From Octopus vulgaris (lineage: Eukaryota): a DNA stretch of 64,000 bases. The translations under genes and the position numbers were made by a program. The notes under the pieces were generated by a model, which worked only from the letters and a program-made list of their open reading frames with translations, made no database searches and was not told where the DNA came from. The stretch is taken from contig OX597822.1 of assembly GCA_951406725.2 (NCBI GenBank), positions 111,290,001 to 111,354,000 on the forward strand, in the 5' to 3' direction. Shown here in pieces: positions 29,424-39,376 of the stretch. The first letter of the stretch is position 1; every line of letters starts with the position of its first letter.

Positions 29424-29468
29424 TGAACCCGAAGATTGCAGAATTCAATGCATGAAAGTACTAGTTCA
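29424..29468 (+). ncRNA. Minimal type I hammerhead ribozyme in the 5' pLTR
   Basis: TGAAC-CCGAAGA-tTGCA gaattcaa TGCAt-GAAA-GTAC-TA-GTTCA; palindromic stem III (AGTACT), as described for PLE hammerheads. Confidence 0.8.
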
Positions 29469-29673
29469 ATCAGAATGAATATTTAACATTCTACTATTTC
29501 ATTTTATTTTATTCAATTATAATATATTATCTTATAATATATCATTATAAGATTGTAAATAAAACGTGAAAATCAGACAAGGTTGGAATTCTTTTTATTA
29601 ATATATTCTTCTATACACAATCACACACACCCATATATATATATATCTATATTCCTATTGTGTATATGCCAAC

Positions 29674-30966
29674 ATGTCTGGAAAGCAACAAACAAAATTA
29701 ACAGAATCCGAAAGAATTCTAATGGAAATTTCATCGAAATTATCAACACTCATCACGATGATTGACACACAATCCTCTATTTTAAAGGAAATAGAAAAAC
29801 AGTCTACAGACGGAAAACTTGGAAATGAACACATAAACTCTGAAATTAAGAATTTAGCTGAAATGATACCAACAATTATAAAATCTACAAGAGAAAGCCT
29901 ACCACAACCTCCTTGGATGTCAGAAATAAACGAAAGAAATCTGGAAAAAGAGGCACACCGAAAAAGAGAAGAGATACAGAAGACATGGAAAAAACTCCTT
30001 AACATAAGAAAACAAAACTTCTGGAAGGCATATAAATGCGAAAAATATGCTGAAATACATTCGAAATGGATATCTTTAGCGGCACCCATACTTCCTCGGA
30101 AGTACCTAATTAAAGAAATTGCAGGAGAACCAGAGGAAGAAACTAAACTTCGATGGGACCTTAGTTTGATAAAATTCAGGACCGACATCTCCATTACCCT
30201 GTCTAAACAATCCCGCTACAAAGCCAAATACGAAGCTATCGATGATCAAATCAGAGATGAAATATCCAAACTAACGACCGGCAATATAGCAGAAAAAATG
30301 CGAGAACTATGGATCAGAGATATCTCAAAAGAAGAAAGCAGATCAAGAAAGTTTTGGCAGCGGAAACAATTATTTCTCGACAAATATGCTACAAATTACG
30401 GTAAAGACACCAGAACTCCGAGAAATAGCATTAAAAGTGGACAACCTCACCAACGCAACATACACCAGAACACGTGGCAACATGAACACCCGTTTCACCA
30501 CGAATCGAAGACGAACTACGGTAAGAACTCTTCCCATTTTGTATGCAAACACCCTAATGCACACAACATGAACAAAAAGCACAAACAAAATAGATATTGT
30601 TTTGAACAGACCATTAGCAGTAGAAATAACAGGAGATCATTTTCAAGACCTCAACAGAGATTACCCACAAGAAACTGGACAAAAAACCGATCTAGATCTA
30701 GAAGTAAACCCAGATCATTTCTCCAGGTGGTTAAAAACAATGCTAACAAGAAATTGAAAAGTAGCATACATAATACCAAAAACAAGACAGAAAACATAAC
30801 GAAACCAAGTAAAGTACCACAACCAAAACGCAAAATTCATCAAGCAAACATCAACAGGAATATAAATCATAACCAGAAAAAAATCCATTTTTTTACGTCA
30901 GGACAACAAACACCGGAGAAAGAAAAAATCCAAGAGGAAACATACCCCAAACAACTGAACGTATAG
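29674..30966 (+). CDS. PLE ORF1, 430 aa, unknown function (helical N-terminal half, basic low-complexity C-terminal half)
   Basis: Long intact ORF with A-rich codon usage matching ORF2; starts ~40 nt after the 5' pLTR; contains an RSRSRSKPRS tract. Confidence 0.8.
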   Translation: MSGKQQTKLTESERILMEISSKLSTLITMIDTQSSILKEIEKQSTDGKLGNEHINSEIKNLAEMIPTIIKSTRESLPQPPWMSEINERNLEKEAHRKREEIQKTWKKLLNIRKQNFWKAYKCEKYAEIHSKWISLAAPILPRKYLIKEIAGEPEEETKLRWDLSLIKFRTDISITLSKQSRYKAKYEAIDDQIRDEISKLTTGNIAEKMRELWIRDISKEESRSRKFWQRKQLFLDKYATNYGKDTRTPRNSIKSGQPHQRNIHQNTWQHEHPFHHESKTNYGKNSSHFVCKHPNAHNMNKKHKQNRYCFEQTISSRNNRRSFSRPQQRLPTRNWTKNRSRSRSKPRSFLQVVKNNANKKLKSSIHNTKNKTENITKPSKVPQPKRKIHQANINRNINHNQKKIHFFTSGQQTPEKEKIQEETYPKQLNV

Positions 30967-33200
30967 ATCCTAAAATAATTAATTTATCAAAAAGAGATCT
31001 TGACAATGATGAAATCCAACTTCTGTCAAAAGGACTGAAATTCACACCTACACCAGCAGCCAACCACCAAGAATTAAAGGAGGATATCCAAAAATTCTGT
31101 CGAAAATTACGACTTGTAGAATTCTTCGCTAACAAAAGTAATGAGATTGATGAATCCCTAGTAAGGAATAAATCAAATTTCACCCCACCAAAAGGAAGAA
31201 ATAACTACCTTGACCAATACATTGATATCCTGTCTAAATTTCCCCTTAGACGCAATACCAATGTTAGGCCAAACATTAGCAAATCAGAGATGTCTGCATG
31301 TAAACGTATACAAAACGATCAAACAATAATAATTAAACAAGCAGATAAAGGTGGTGCAATTGTTATTATGGATACCGAATACTATAAGGATTTGGTTGAA
31401 GACCAACTGAAGGATACAACCTTCTATTGTGAAATACCCGCAAATATAGACCACCACATCATGAAAAAGATCAACAACCTGATTTCAACACACCACAACT
31501 CACTTACGGATAATGAAAAAGACTACATCACCAATTTTGAACCAAAACCCAGCAACTTCTACGGCTTACCAAAAATACACAAATCAAAAAACATTCAACA
31601 GGCAGTAAAAGAACAAGAAAGTGAGTACATAAAATTATTACATCCAAAAGACCTAAAACTTAGACCTATTATAGCTGGTCCAGCATGCCCTACACACCGT
31701 CTAAGCAATTTTATTGACATTGTTTTGAAACCACTATGTACTTACATACCAAGTTTCATCAGGGATGACATCGACTTCCTGTCCCATCTTCCCAAAACAA
31801 CAGAAACAAATTCAGTTTTGCTAAGTTTTGATGTGGTAAGCCTCTACACCAATATTCCACACGATTTAGGAATAAAGGCGATTAAATACTGGTTAGAAAA
31901 ACATAGAGAAGTGATTCCCAGCAGATTCACAGTGCCATTTATATTAGACACAGTCAAACTTATTCTAGAAAATAACACATTCTTCTTCAATGGAAAGAAT
32001 TACATCCAAATTAGAGGCACGGCGATGGGAACGAGGTTTGCTCCCGTTTACGCCAACTCTGTAATGGGATACTTAGAAGAACAACTCTACCAAGAGGTGG
32101 AGGTAAACTATGGCACTGGATTTAGAAAGTATATTGAAAAGGCATGGAAGAGATACCTAGACGACTGTTTCATAATCTGGACAGAATCTCTAAACACTCT
32201 GGAAGAGTTCAATATCCTCCTGAACAACCTACACCCATCTCTCAAATTTACAAAGGAGATGAGTAGTACCAAATTACCATTCCTGGATATAATGGTAATT
32301 AAAAAAGACACCACCATCACCACAGATATATACTATAAACACACAGACACACATCAATACCTAAATTTTAAGTCGTGCCATCCACCACATACAAAACGTA
32401 ACATCCCATACTGCCTAGCCAGAAGAATTTGTACTATTGTAGAAGATGCAAATATCAGGAACAAACGCCTAATAGAACTAAGAGAATTTTTGCTCAAACA
32501 AAAATACCCATCTCTACTTATAGAAAATGGCATACAGCGGGCTATAAAAATACCTATACAACAACTTAGGACAACCCAAGGAAGAGGAAAACAAGAACAA
32601 GTCATACCATTCATAGTGACACACAACCCATGTCACCAGAATATCTTCAACATTGCCAAAGCAAACCTACCAATCATTGCCCAAAGTAATGAATTAAAAG
32701 ACATAATCAAGGATCGAGCTATGGTGCTTAGTAAAAGACAGCCTAAAAACTTGAAAACATTACTAACAAAGGCAAAATTTGACCTCAGCAACAAAGACCA
32801 AACATTCACGGTATCTAAATTCAATGATAGCCGATGTGGCACATGCCAATTCATACATACCGGTCAATATATAAACACAAAAACCGGGAAAATATTCACA
32901 AACGCGAATATGAACTGCAAAAGCAGAAATTTAATTTACTGCATCAAATGCCCAAATTGTGAAGAAATATATGTAGGTCAGACGGGAAACGCACTATTAG
33001 AACGCTCACGTGTACACCGGCAACAGATTAGAGACCCAGAGGTCCGTCAGATACCTTTGAGTAACCACCTAGCAACATGTGGTCGGAAAATATATATAAT
33101 ATTTCCATTCTACAAATTACACAGCCCAAGTGAAATCGAGAGGAAAATCAGAGAAAAGAATTTTATTGATAAATTCGAACCCAAGCTAAATAAGCAATAA
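30873..33200 (+). CDS. PLE reverse transcriptase + GIY-YIG endonuclease (frame open from 30873; first ATG only at 31290)
   Basis: IINLS...LSKGLKFTPTP...FCRKLRLVEFF lies upstream of the first Met; then ADKGG, FYGLPKIHK, LRPII, SFDVVSLYTNIP, GTAMGTRFAPVYAN, RYLDD, LPFLDI, YYKHTDTHQYL, a Cys linker (FNDSRCGTC, first Cys apparently mutated) and LIYCIKCPNC..IYVGQT...H...H. Confidence 0.95.
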   Translation, partial: PEKNPFFYVRTTNTGERKNPRGNIPQTTERIDPKIINLSKRDLDNDEIQLLSKGLKFTPTPAANHQELKEDIQKFCRKLRLVEFFANKSNEIDESLVRNKSNFTPPKGRNNYLDQYIDILSKFPLRRNTNVRPNISKSEMSACKRIQNDQTIIIKQADKGGAIVIMDTEYYKDLVEDQLKDTTFYCEIPANIDHHIMKKINNLISTHHNSLTDNEKDYITNFEPKPSNFYGLPKIHKSKNIQQAVKEQESEYIKLLHPKDLKLRPIIAGPACPTHRLSNFIDIVLKPLCTYIPSFIRDDIDFLSHLPKTTETNSVLLSFDVVSLYTNIPHDLGIKAIKYWLEKHREVIPSRFTVPFILDTVKLILENNTFFFNGKNYIQIRGTAMGTRFAPVYANSVMGYLEEQLYQEVEVNYGTGFRKYIEKAWKRYLDDCFIIWTESLNTLEEFNILLNNLHPSLKFTKEMSSTKLPFLDIMVIKKDTTITTDIYYKHTDTHQYLNFKSCHPPHTKRNIPYCLARRICTIVEDANIRNKRLIELREFLLKQKYPSLLIENGIQRAIKIPIQQLRTTQGRGKQEQVIPFIVTHNPCHQNIFNIAKANLPIIAQSNELKDIIKDRAMVLSKRQPKNLKTLLTKAKFDLSNKDQTFTVSKFNDSRCGTCQFIHTGQYINTKTGKIFTNANMNCKSRNLIYCIKCPNCEEIYVGQTGNALLERSRVHRQQIRDPEVRQIPLSNHLATCGRKIYIIFPFYKLHSPSEIERKIREKNFIDKFEPKLNKQ

Positions 33201-33514
33201 TAATAATACTTAGAGGTATTACTTCCACTGCTACGACCATGACCACTAACAACAACAACAATACTAAAGGTGATCAAGACGAAGATAGCAGGAAAATTAT
33301 CTTATTTAGGGTTAAAAGTTCTATTGCCACCACCATCACCACTAGCAACAATAATTAAGGTGCTGACAATGATGATGATGACAATTGAAATATAAAAATA
33401 TAAAAATCTCTGACAAAGGATATTTACAACATTTCTAAAAATAACCCAACAATTGCTGCTTCGGCCAGGGTCAAGATACAGGACTCTTGACCTGTCCAAC
33501 AAAGCGTGATGCCT

Positions 33515-33660
33515 AAACCAATCAGCTCAACCAACCAATCAGCTTAAGTAATTGAGTGATACTACACACTGATTGGTCAGAATACAGTTTGCAAAACCTA
33601 GCACTCTGGAGCCTACCCAGCTGTATTTATAGCACAGAATCACTCATCTTGCTACAGTCA
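33515..33660 (+). promoter_or_regulatory. Putative Pol II promoter upstream of the 3' repeat (CCAAT x3, TATA, Inr)
   Basis: CCAAT at 33518 and 33535, ATTGG at 33572, TATTTATA at 33624-33631, and ACAGT at 33654-33658 (30 nt from the start of the TATA). Confidence 0.5.
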
Positions 33661-33694
33661 AAAATTGTGAAGCATGACTGTCAACACTACTACA

Positions 33695-33739
33695 TGAACC
33701 CGAAGATTGCAGAATTCAATGCATGAAAGTACTAGTTCA
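33695..33739 (+). ncRNA. Minimal type I hammerhead ribozyme in the 3' pLTR
   Basis: Identical to 29424-29468. Confidence 0.8.
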
Positions 33740-33901
33740 ATCAGAATGAATATTTAACATTCTACTATTTCATTTTATTTTATTCAATTATAATATATTA
33801 TCTTATAATATATCATTATAAGATTGTAAATAAAACGTGAAAATCAGACAAGGTTGGAATTCTTTTTATTAATATATTCTTCTATACACAATCACACACA
33901 C

Positions 33902-33987
<86 letters not shown>

Positions 33988-33990
33988 CGT

Positions 33991-34222
33991 AAGGCGGCGA
34001 GCTGGCAGAATCGTTAGCACGCCGGGCGAAATGCGTAGCCATATTTCATCTGCCGTTACGTTCTGAGTTCAAATTCCCCCGAGGTCGACTTTGCCTTTCA
34101 TCTTTTCGGGGTCGATAAATTAAGTACCAGTTACGCACTTGGGTCGATCTAATCGACTTAATCCGTTTGTCTGTCCTTGTTTGTCCCCACTGTGTTTAGC
34201 CCCTTGTGGGTAGTAAAGAAAT
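33991..34222 (+). mobile_element. SINE family A, full length
   Basis: Matches the family A consensus. Confidence 0.9.
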
Positions 34223-34259
34223 ATATATAAGTGTACTAGAAGTTTACAAAAACATCTGA

Positions 34260-35890
34260 CTCAGTGCACTACAAAATAGAGCCGCTTTGTGAAGACGTCT
34301 CAATAAGTATACACGCTAGGAGGATAAACGAAATACTAAATAAACAATTCACAAGTGTCTTCACCTCTTCACTGGAAAATATGCAAGTAAACAGGCCTGA
34401 TGAGTTCTTCAACACTGCAGAACTTCACGGGAAAGTTGTAGTTATTAGTTACATCGATATAAAGGAAGGTGTGATATTGGCCATTGACGGAAAGAACTCA
34501 AACCCAGAAACGGACCCAAATAGATTTCCGGATGAAAAAGGTTTATAAACCACTCCACACACTCTTTCAAAGTCTCCTTGCATGGGGTAATCTCCCATAG
34601 CGTTAAAGGAAGGTATAGCATGCCCTGTCTATAAACGAAGAAGTAGAGCAAATGTTAAAATTTACAGGCCTATCTCTCTGGCCTCACATGGTGGAATGGT
34701 CATGGAACTCATTGTCAAAAAGATCACCTTCCCGGAAGAAAATAGCTTGCACAAAAACAGGCAACGTGGTTTTTGCCCACAGAAGAGCTGCCTCACACAT
34801 TCTACTACTGCATTCTGACTGAGCACGGAAAGAACAGCTCAACCACACAATTGTGGATGTGAAATAACTCGACCGTATTAAGGCCTTGGACAAAGTTGAT
34901 CATGGGATGATATATTACAAACTGCGTGGCCTGGAAATTATATGAATGGCTGCAAGATTTTTTTTAAAAGCCAGAAGTCAGATGTTCAGTCCATGGTGCT
35001 ATCTCTGGGAAGACATCAGCTTTCAGTGGAGTCACTCAGCCATAAAACCAGTCTCTCTCACATGCTACACTGATGGTTCAAAGTTATCACAGGTGGTCAA
35101 GGAGCCCGATGACATTCTGAAACTGCAGGGGGCAGATAAAATTAAAATTCCGTTTAATAGTGAAGAGTTTGAAGCACTTCATTAGAAGCCCACAAACAGA
35201 TTACTATCGGAATAAAATGAAGAAGCGGTAGCACAATTCTTGAGTCAGAATCGGTGTCTGGACTAGGAATCCACATAGGTAATAATGCAAAATTTCGTGA
35301 ACATATTACCAAGACGGCATCACTGTGCAGCCGAGTGGCTGTCTCTAGTTTGAGATAATTTAGAACCAGGAAAAAGAGTACCATACTACTTCTCTGTAGA
35401 ATAGTTGCTTCCTGTCGTCTGAATTACTAATCCAAACTGTGGTCACGGAGAATATCAAATTAGAAGGGAACTCAAGCTAACCCAGCGCCAATTCCCTAAG
35501 GAGACTGACTCTGTGAAACAGATGAGGTGATTGGAGAAGTTGAAGGTACTAGCTAGAGAAAATATACGAAAGATATGCAGTGATACATTTACAGAAGATC
35601 CTGGTAGTTCTAGTTCCCAAATTTAGAACTGAAAAATATACTAACCACCGAGCTGGCCAGCACTGCATAGAATCAAAGTTCTTGTCTTTTCCATATGAAG
35701 TAAGGACCCTGTACTGTAATAGTTTGGGTTTCAATGGTTCTCAATTATTCAACATTGTGCCAAACGATCTCAGAGATTTGAGAGGAGTAGATGTGGATGT
35801 CTTTAAAGAACGTCTGAGATATCAGATGAACACGCATCAAGCATGAGGCACAAACAAGAACAGGTCCGTCCAATTCGCTGCAACACCAGA
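34260..35890 (+). mobile_element. Old CR1/L2-group LINE ORF2 relic
   Basis: Frameshifted motifs EILNKQFTSVFT, IYRPISL, QRGFCP, KALDKVDHG, and near the end GSQLFNIVPNDLRDL...VDVFKERL. Confidence 0.75.
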
Positions 35891-36960
35891 AACGATTCAT
35901 GGAGCAGTTGTAATACGTACCTTTGTCATTCATACCATTAAGAATCGCCCTGCTACCAACAGAAGTTTCGGAAAAAATATTATCTCAATGAGAAGGACTA
36001 TAGACAAATATTACCTATTGTTCGATCTGAAAATTTAATTGCTGCAGTTGATGTATACACAAAGAAGCTTATTGGTAGAATTTAGGCAATAAGCCCAGAG
36101 ATAAAATATATAGGAGGCGCAGAAAAACAAAGAGAATGAGCGAATTAATTGCTTCCGCTTAGAAATCGAATCAGACCGACTAAGGCGGGACTAACATTTC
36201 GTCACGTCTGAGGACTATGCTTTTAACGTAACGAAATTTTCTGTAAATATTCTTGTTACCGAAACGTTGGCGAAGAAGAGGCCTGCGTACTTTTCTCCGA
36301 GAAATTCCTCTGCTTTTCTTCGAATTATCAGGTTTTAGAACCTTTGCCGAAAACCTTAAATATATTTTATTGAATGCAAAGTAGTCAGCGATAATCAGAT
36401 AGATAATAAATTCTACACAACTGAATTACTTAACTCATTTATTACATCCAGAATGCCACCACACAGACTGAATCTAAATATATGATCAGTTGTAATGCAA
36501 TTACGTAATATATCAATTCAACACAGAGCTTGTAATGGAATGAGACTACAAATCGTTAACTTACATCTGAATTATATAGTAACCTTGTTAACAAGTGATG
36601 CTTTTGCCGGTAGTCGAACATTAATGCTTACAGTTAAACTAGTTCCGAGTGATTAAAATTTACTTGTATGTTACAAAGAAATGTCTCCTAATAAATCAGC
36701 TTATCCAGTAACAATTACTAAAGCGTGGGGTCAAACATTTAATGGAATGAGGAATTTACGTCACAATGAAAATATAGTCATGGGCAGTTATGCGAATTAA
36801 TTGACGCGATTAGTTCAGTTAAAGTTAATAGGTGGCGAAAACGAATAGGAAATTAAAATCAATACAGGTTAATAATAATAATGATTCGTGATTATGAAAA
36901 TTATCCCAAAATGGAATAATGATTCTAACGACACAATAAAGAAATAATTATACTAAAATA

Positions 36961-37863
36961 TCAGGTCATCCCATAAGTTCTGTCCGAATTTTGAATAAAG
37001 AAAAAAAGTGGCCAAGAATGTTATATTTAATTGAAATTTAATCATCAACGTTATTTCCCTGATTATCTATGACTTCCTTCCATCTCTATTTACAAGCTTT
37101 TTAATCCCATCAATGTAAAGCTCTTTTGGTTTCAAAGAGAAGAACTCTGAATTGTCAGTTTCGACCTCCTCCTGGCTTGTACTCACTTGTACTTGTGACG
37201 GCGTTCACCCAGGGTGGGTTGAGCCGGCTTCTTCTCTGGTCCTGACGGCATCATGAACCAAAAAGGGTGAAATGAGTTCGCGAGAATGGAGAGAAGAGCA
37301 GATGTCAACTCGAGATTTGCGGTTGCTTTCGGACAATTCATGAGGCACCCATTTTCCAAGTTGTTGAAGATGACGATGAACAGTTGTATGGTTTGAAATA
37401 AGATTTATTGCCAATTCTTCAATTGATAATACATGATTTTCTTCAAGCCATGCTTCAAGGAGCTTATCATCAAACTCAACTTAACGTCCTGTTAGATCTT
37501 CATCTTCAAGGCTGAAATCTCCAATTCTGAATTTTGCAAATCATCTTCTGCAAGTTCTTTCATTCAAGCATTCTTTCCCATAGACTGAGTGTATGTTTCG
37601 AGTCGCTTCGGCTGCAGAGTTTCCTTTTTTGTTCTCATAAAGCATTATGTGCCTCAAATGCTCTTTGGATACTTCCATGTTAGAAAGGGTTTTAATCAAA
37701 GAAATGTTTAATTCTATTATTCCGTAAAATAACATTTAATTAGTTTAAATGTACACAAATGCATAAAAATAATTTTTAATTCCATTACATATTCTAAAAT
37801 ATTATTAAATTTCATTTTATTTTAAAAAAGGTAAAATCGGACAGAACTTATGGGATGAACTGA
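36961..37863 (-). mobile_element. Internally deleted mariner element with TIRs and TA flanks
   Basis: TIRs tcaggtcatcccataagttctgtccga / tcggacagaacttatgggatgaactga. The transposase starts at 37678 (MEVSKEHLRHIMLYE...CRR, then WVPHELSE) and its C-terminus (DGIKKLV) is present; the catalytic region is missing. Confidence 0.9.
37178..37256 (-). mobile_element. RTE LINE 3' tail inside the mariner
   Basis: Homologous to 14415-14497 (DAVRTREEAGST.PG* plus the CAAGTA tail). Confidence 0.85.
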
Positions 37864-38224
37864 TAGAAGCGGTGTTGCGGTTATAATAACAATCATTAGG
37901 TGTCGTGGGAAAATAAAATAATTCTCTGCTCTTCCTCAGGCTGATATACGTAAGCCACAACAACTGCGGTATATCCCGACCGGATGGCTCTTTTGGGCTG
38001 TTCCAAGCAAGCTTCAGTGTACCAGGAATGCATGGGCTTTTCAAACACCCTTAGTTCCCTCGTCTACCATGGTTCCATCTACCAATGTGCTTACAGTTGT
38101 AACCAGTACACCAATGCATTAAAAACAGTTTTCCTTCATTATGGATTTGTTTGCTGTTTATATATACGAGTTTTCTGTCACATACGACCGCCATCTCTCT
38201 GTTGAAATAAACTGTACTCTTGGT

Positions 38225-38480
38225 CACCGACTTGAAGTATTTGAGTAGAACAAATCGATCCCAGTAGGAATAAGTTTGCCTGGTTCTTACTCTATCGTAC
38301 TCTCTTCTCGTAACTCTAGAGTACGCGGAAGATAAACATGCAAACGCCCGTTGTCAAGCAGTGATAGGGGCAAACGAAAATACAAAGACAGACAAACAGC
38401 CACACACACAATACATACATACATATACACACACTCTAGTAAGAATTAACCGGGAACCGTGTAGTTGGGAAACGAACTCT
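38225..38480 (-). mobile_element. Old SINE family B relic
   Basis: gaacaaatcgatcccag...cccgttgtcaagcagtgatagggg...aaccgggaaccgtgtagttgggaaac. Confidence 0.55.
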
Positions 38481-38785
38481 GGGTAAGCGTGGAAGTATAC
38501 CTTTGTCCCCATGGTTAAATTACGATATGTTGTACAATTATGATTTATAAAATTTCTTTATAAAATTTCTTGCTTTTGTATTGATGTAGGTCAATCTTCT
38601 TATACGTTAAGACTTCCTTCATTTAGTTAAGCGTTAAACTATTACAATATTCATTAAAGCTTGTTCCTGTGTTGTTTTTGATATTTCCAATATATGTGTA
38701 GATGTATATTTACAAAGAGGCTTCTACATATTTTCTGTCTTTTCTGTCTATCAAATTTCGCATATATATATATATATACGCGCGC

Positions 38786-38829
<44 letters not shown>

Positions 38830-38831
<2 letters not shown>

Positions 38832-39031
38832 ACGCCATGATAGATCGTTAGATACTACACGCATTTTTTTTCTCTCGTTGTTTCTCTCCTTGATTTTTCT
38901 GTGTATCTTTCTGTCGAAGAGCGTAGGCTCGAAACGTAAAAGACTTTTTCTATTCCTGAGCGTTATACTAATACATTTATTTGTTTGTACTCCATCTGCC
39001 TTCGTCTTTTGTTTATTTTCGTAAACTTTCC

Positions 39032-39035
<4 letters not shown>
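38830..39035 (+). mobile_element. PLE-type pLTR fragment (family D) with a hammerhead-like motif at 38906-38943
   Basis: tcttt-CTGTCGA-a-gagc gtag gctc-GAAA-cg-TA-aaaga; flanked by (TA)n on both sides. Confidence 0.65.
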
Positions 39036-39072
<37 letters not shown>

Positions 39073-39077
<5 letters not shown>

Positions 39078-39357
39078 TTCATTCAACATTTAAATTTAAT
39101 TTGTCAAAATATTTAGTCAAAATATATTTTCGTTGCTTTGAGACCGCGGCATATTCACTGACAAAACTTTGTACGGTCTCAAAGCGACGAAAGTATTTTG
39201 ACTAAATATTTTGACAAATTAAATTTAAATGTTGAAGTGAATCTAACGGTTTTTGTGTGTTTCTTAAATGGTTTATAAACACCTTCCACGCTGTAATTGT
39301 TTTGTTCCAGCACACGATCTCAGATCAAGTCACTCGCTATGCAAGTACATCTCCGTG
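39073..39357. mobile_element. Inverted pLTR-like pair in (TA)n
   Basis: Inverted repeat 39073-39146 / 39174-39246; HHR-like motif on the minus strand at 39116-39162. Confidence 0.6.
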
Positions 39358-39376
39358 ATATATATATATATATATA

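Larger units (their letters stand above)
29401..33903 (+). mobile_element. Near-intact Penelope-like retroelement (Neptune-like) in (TA)n
   Basis: ~232-bp direct repeats at 29401-29632 and 33672-33903 (one difference noticed by eye), RT and GIY-YIG coding region, a hammerhead in each repeat, and (TA)n on both flanks. Confidence 0.95.

Noticed and set aside
29655-32854. Antisense ORFs inside the PLE (e.g. 29655-30194, 30893-31183, 32354-32626)
   Set aside because: Shadows of the A-rich sense ORFs, with no recognisable motifs.
30873-33670. Selenoprotein-type (Naiad-like) recoding or a SECIS element in the PLE
   Set aside because: ORF2 has no in-frame TGA and ends in TAA; no convincing SECIS stem was seen; the ADKGG motif fits Neptune-like elements better.
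36205-36275. CTGAGGA...GAAACGTT hammerhead-like words
   Set aside because: No stem I or stem II in the required register.
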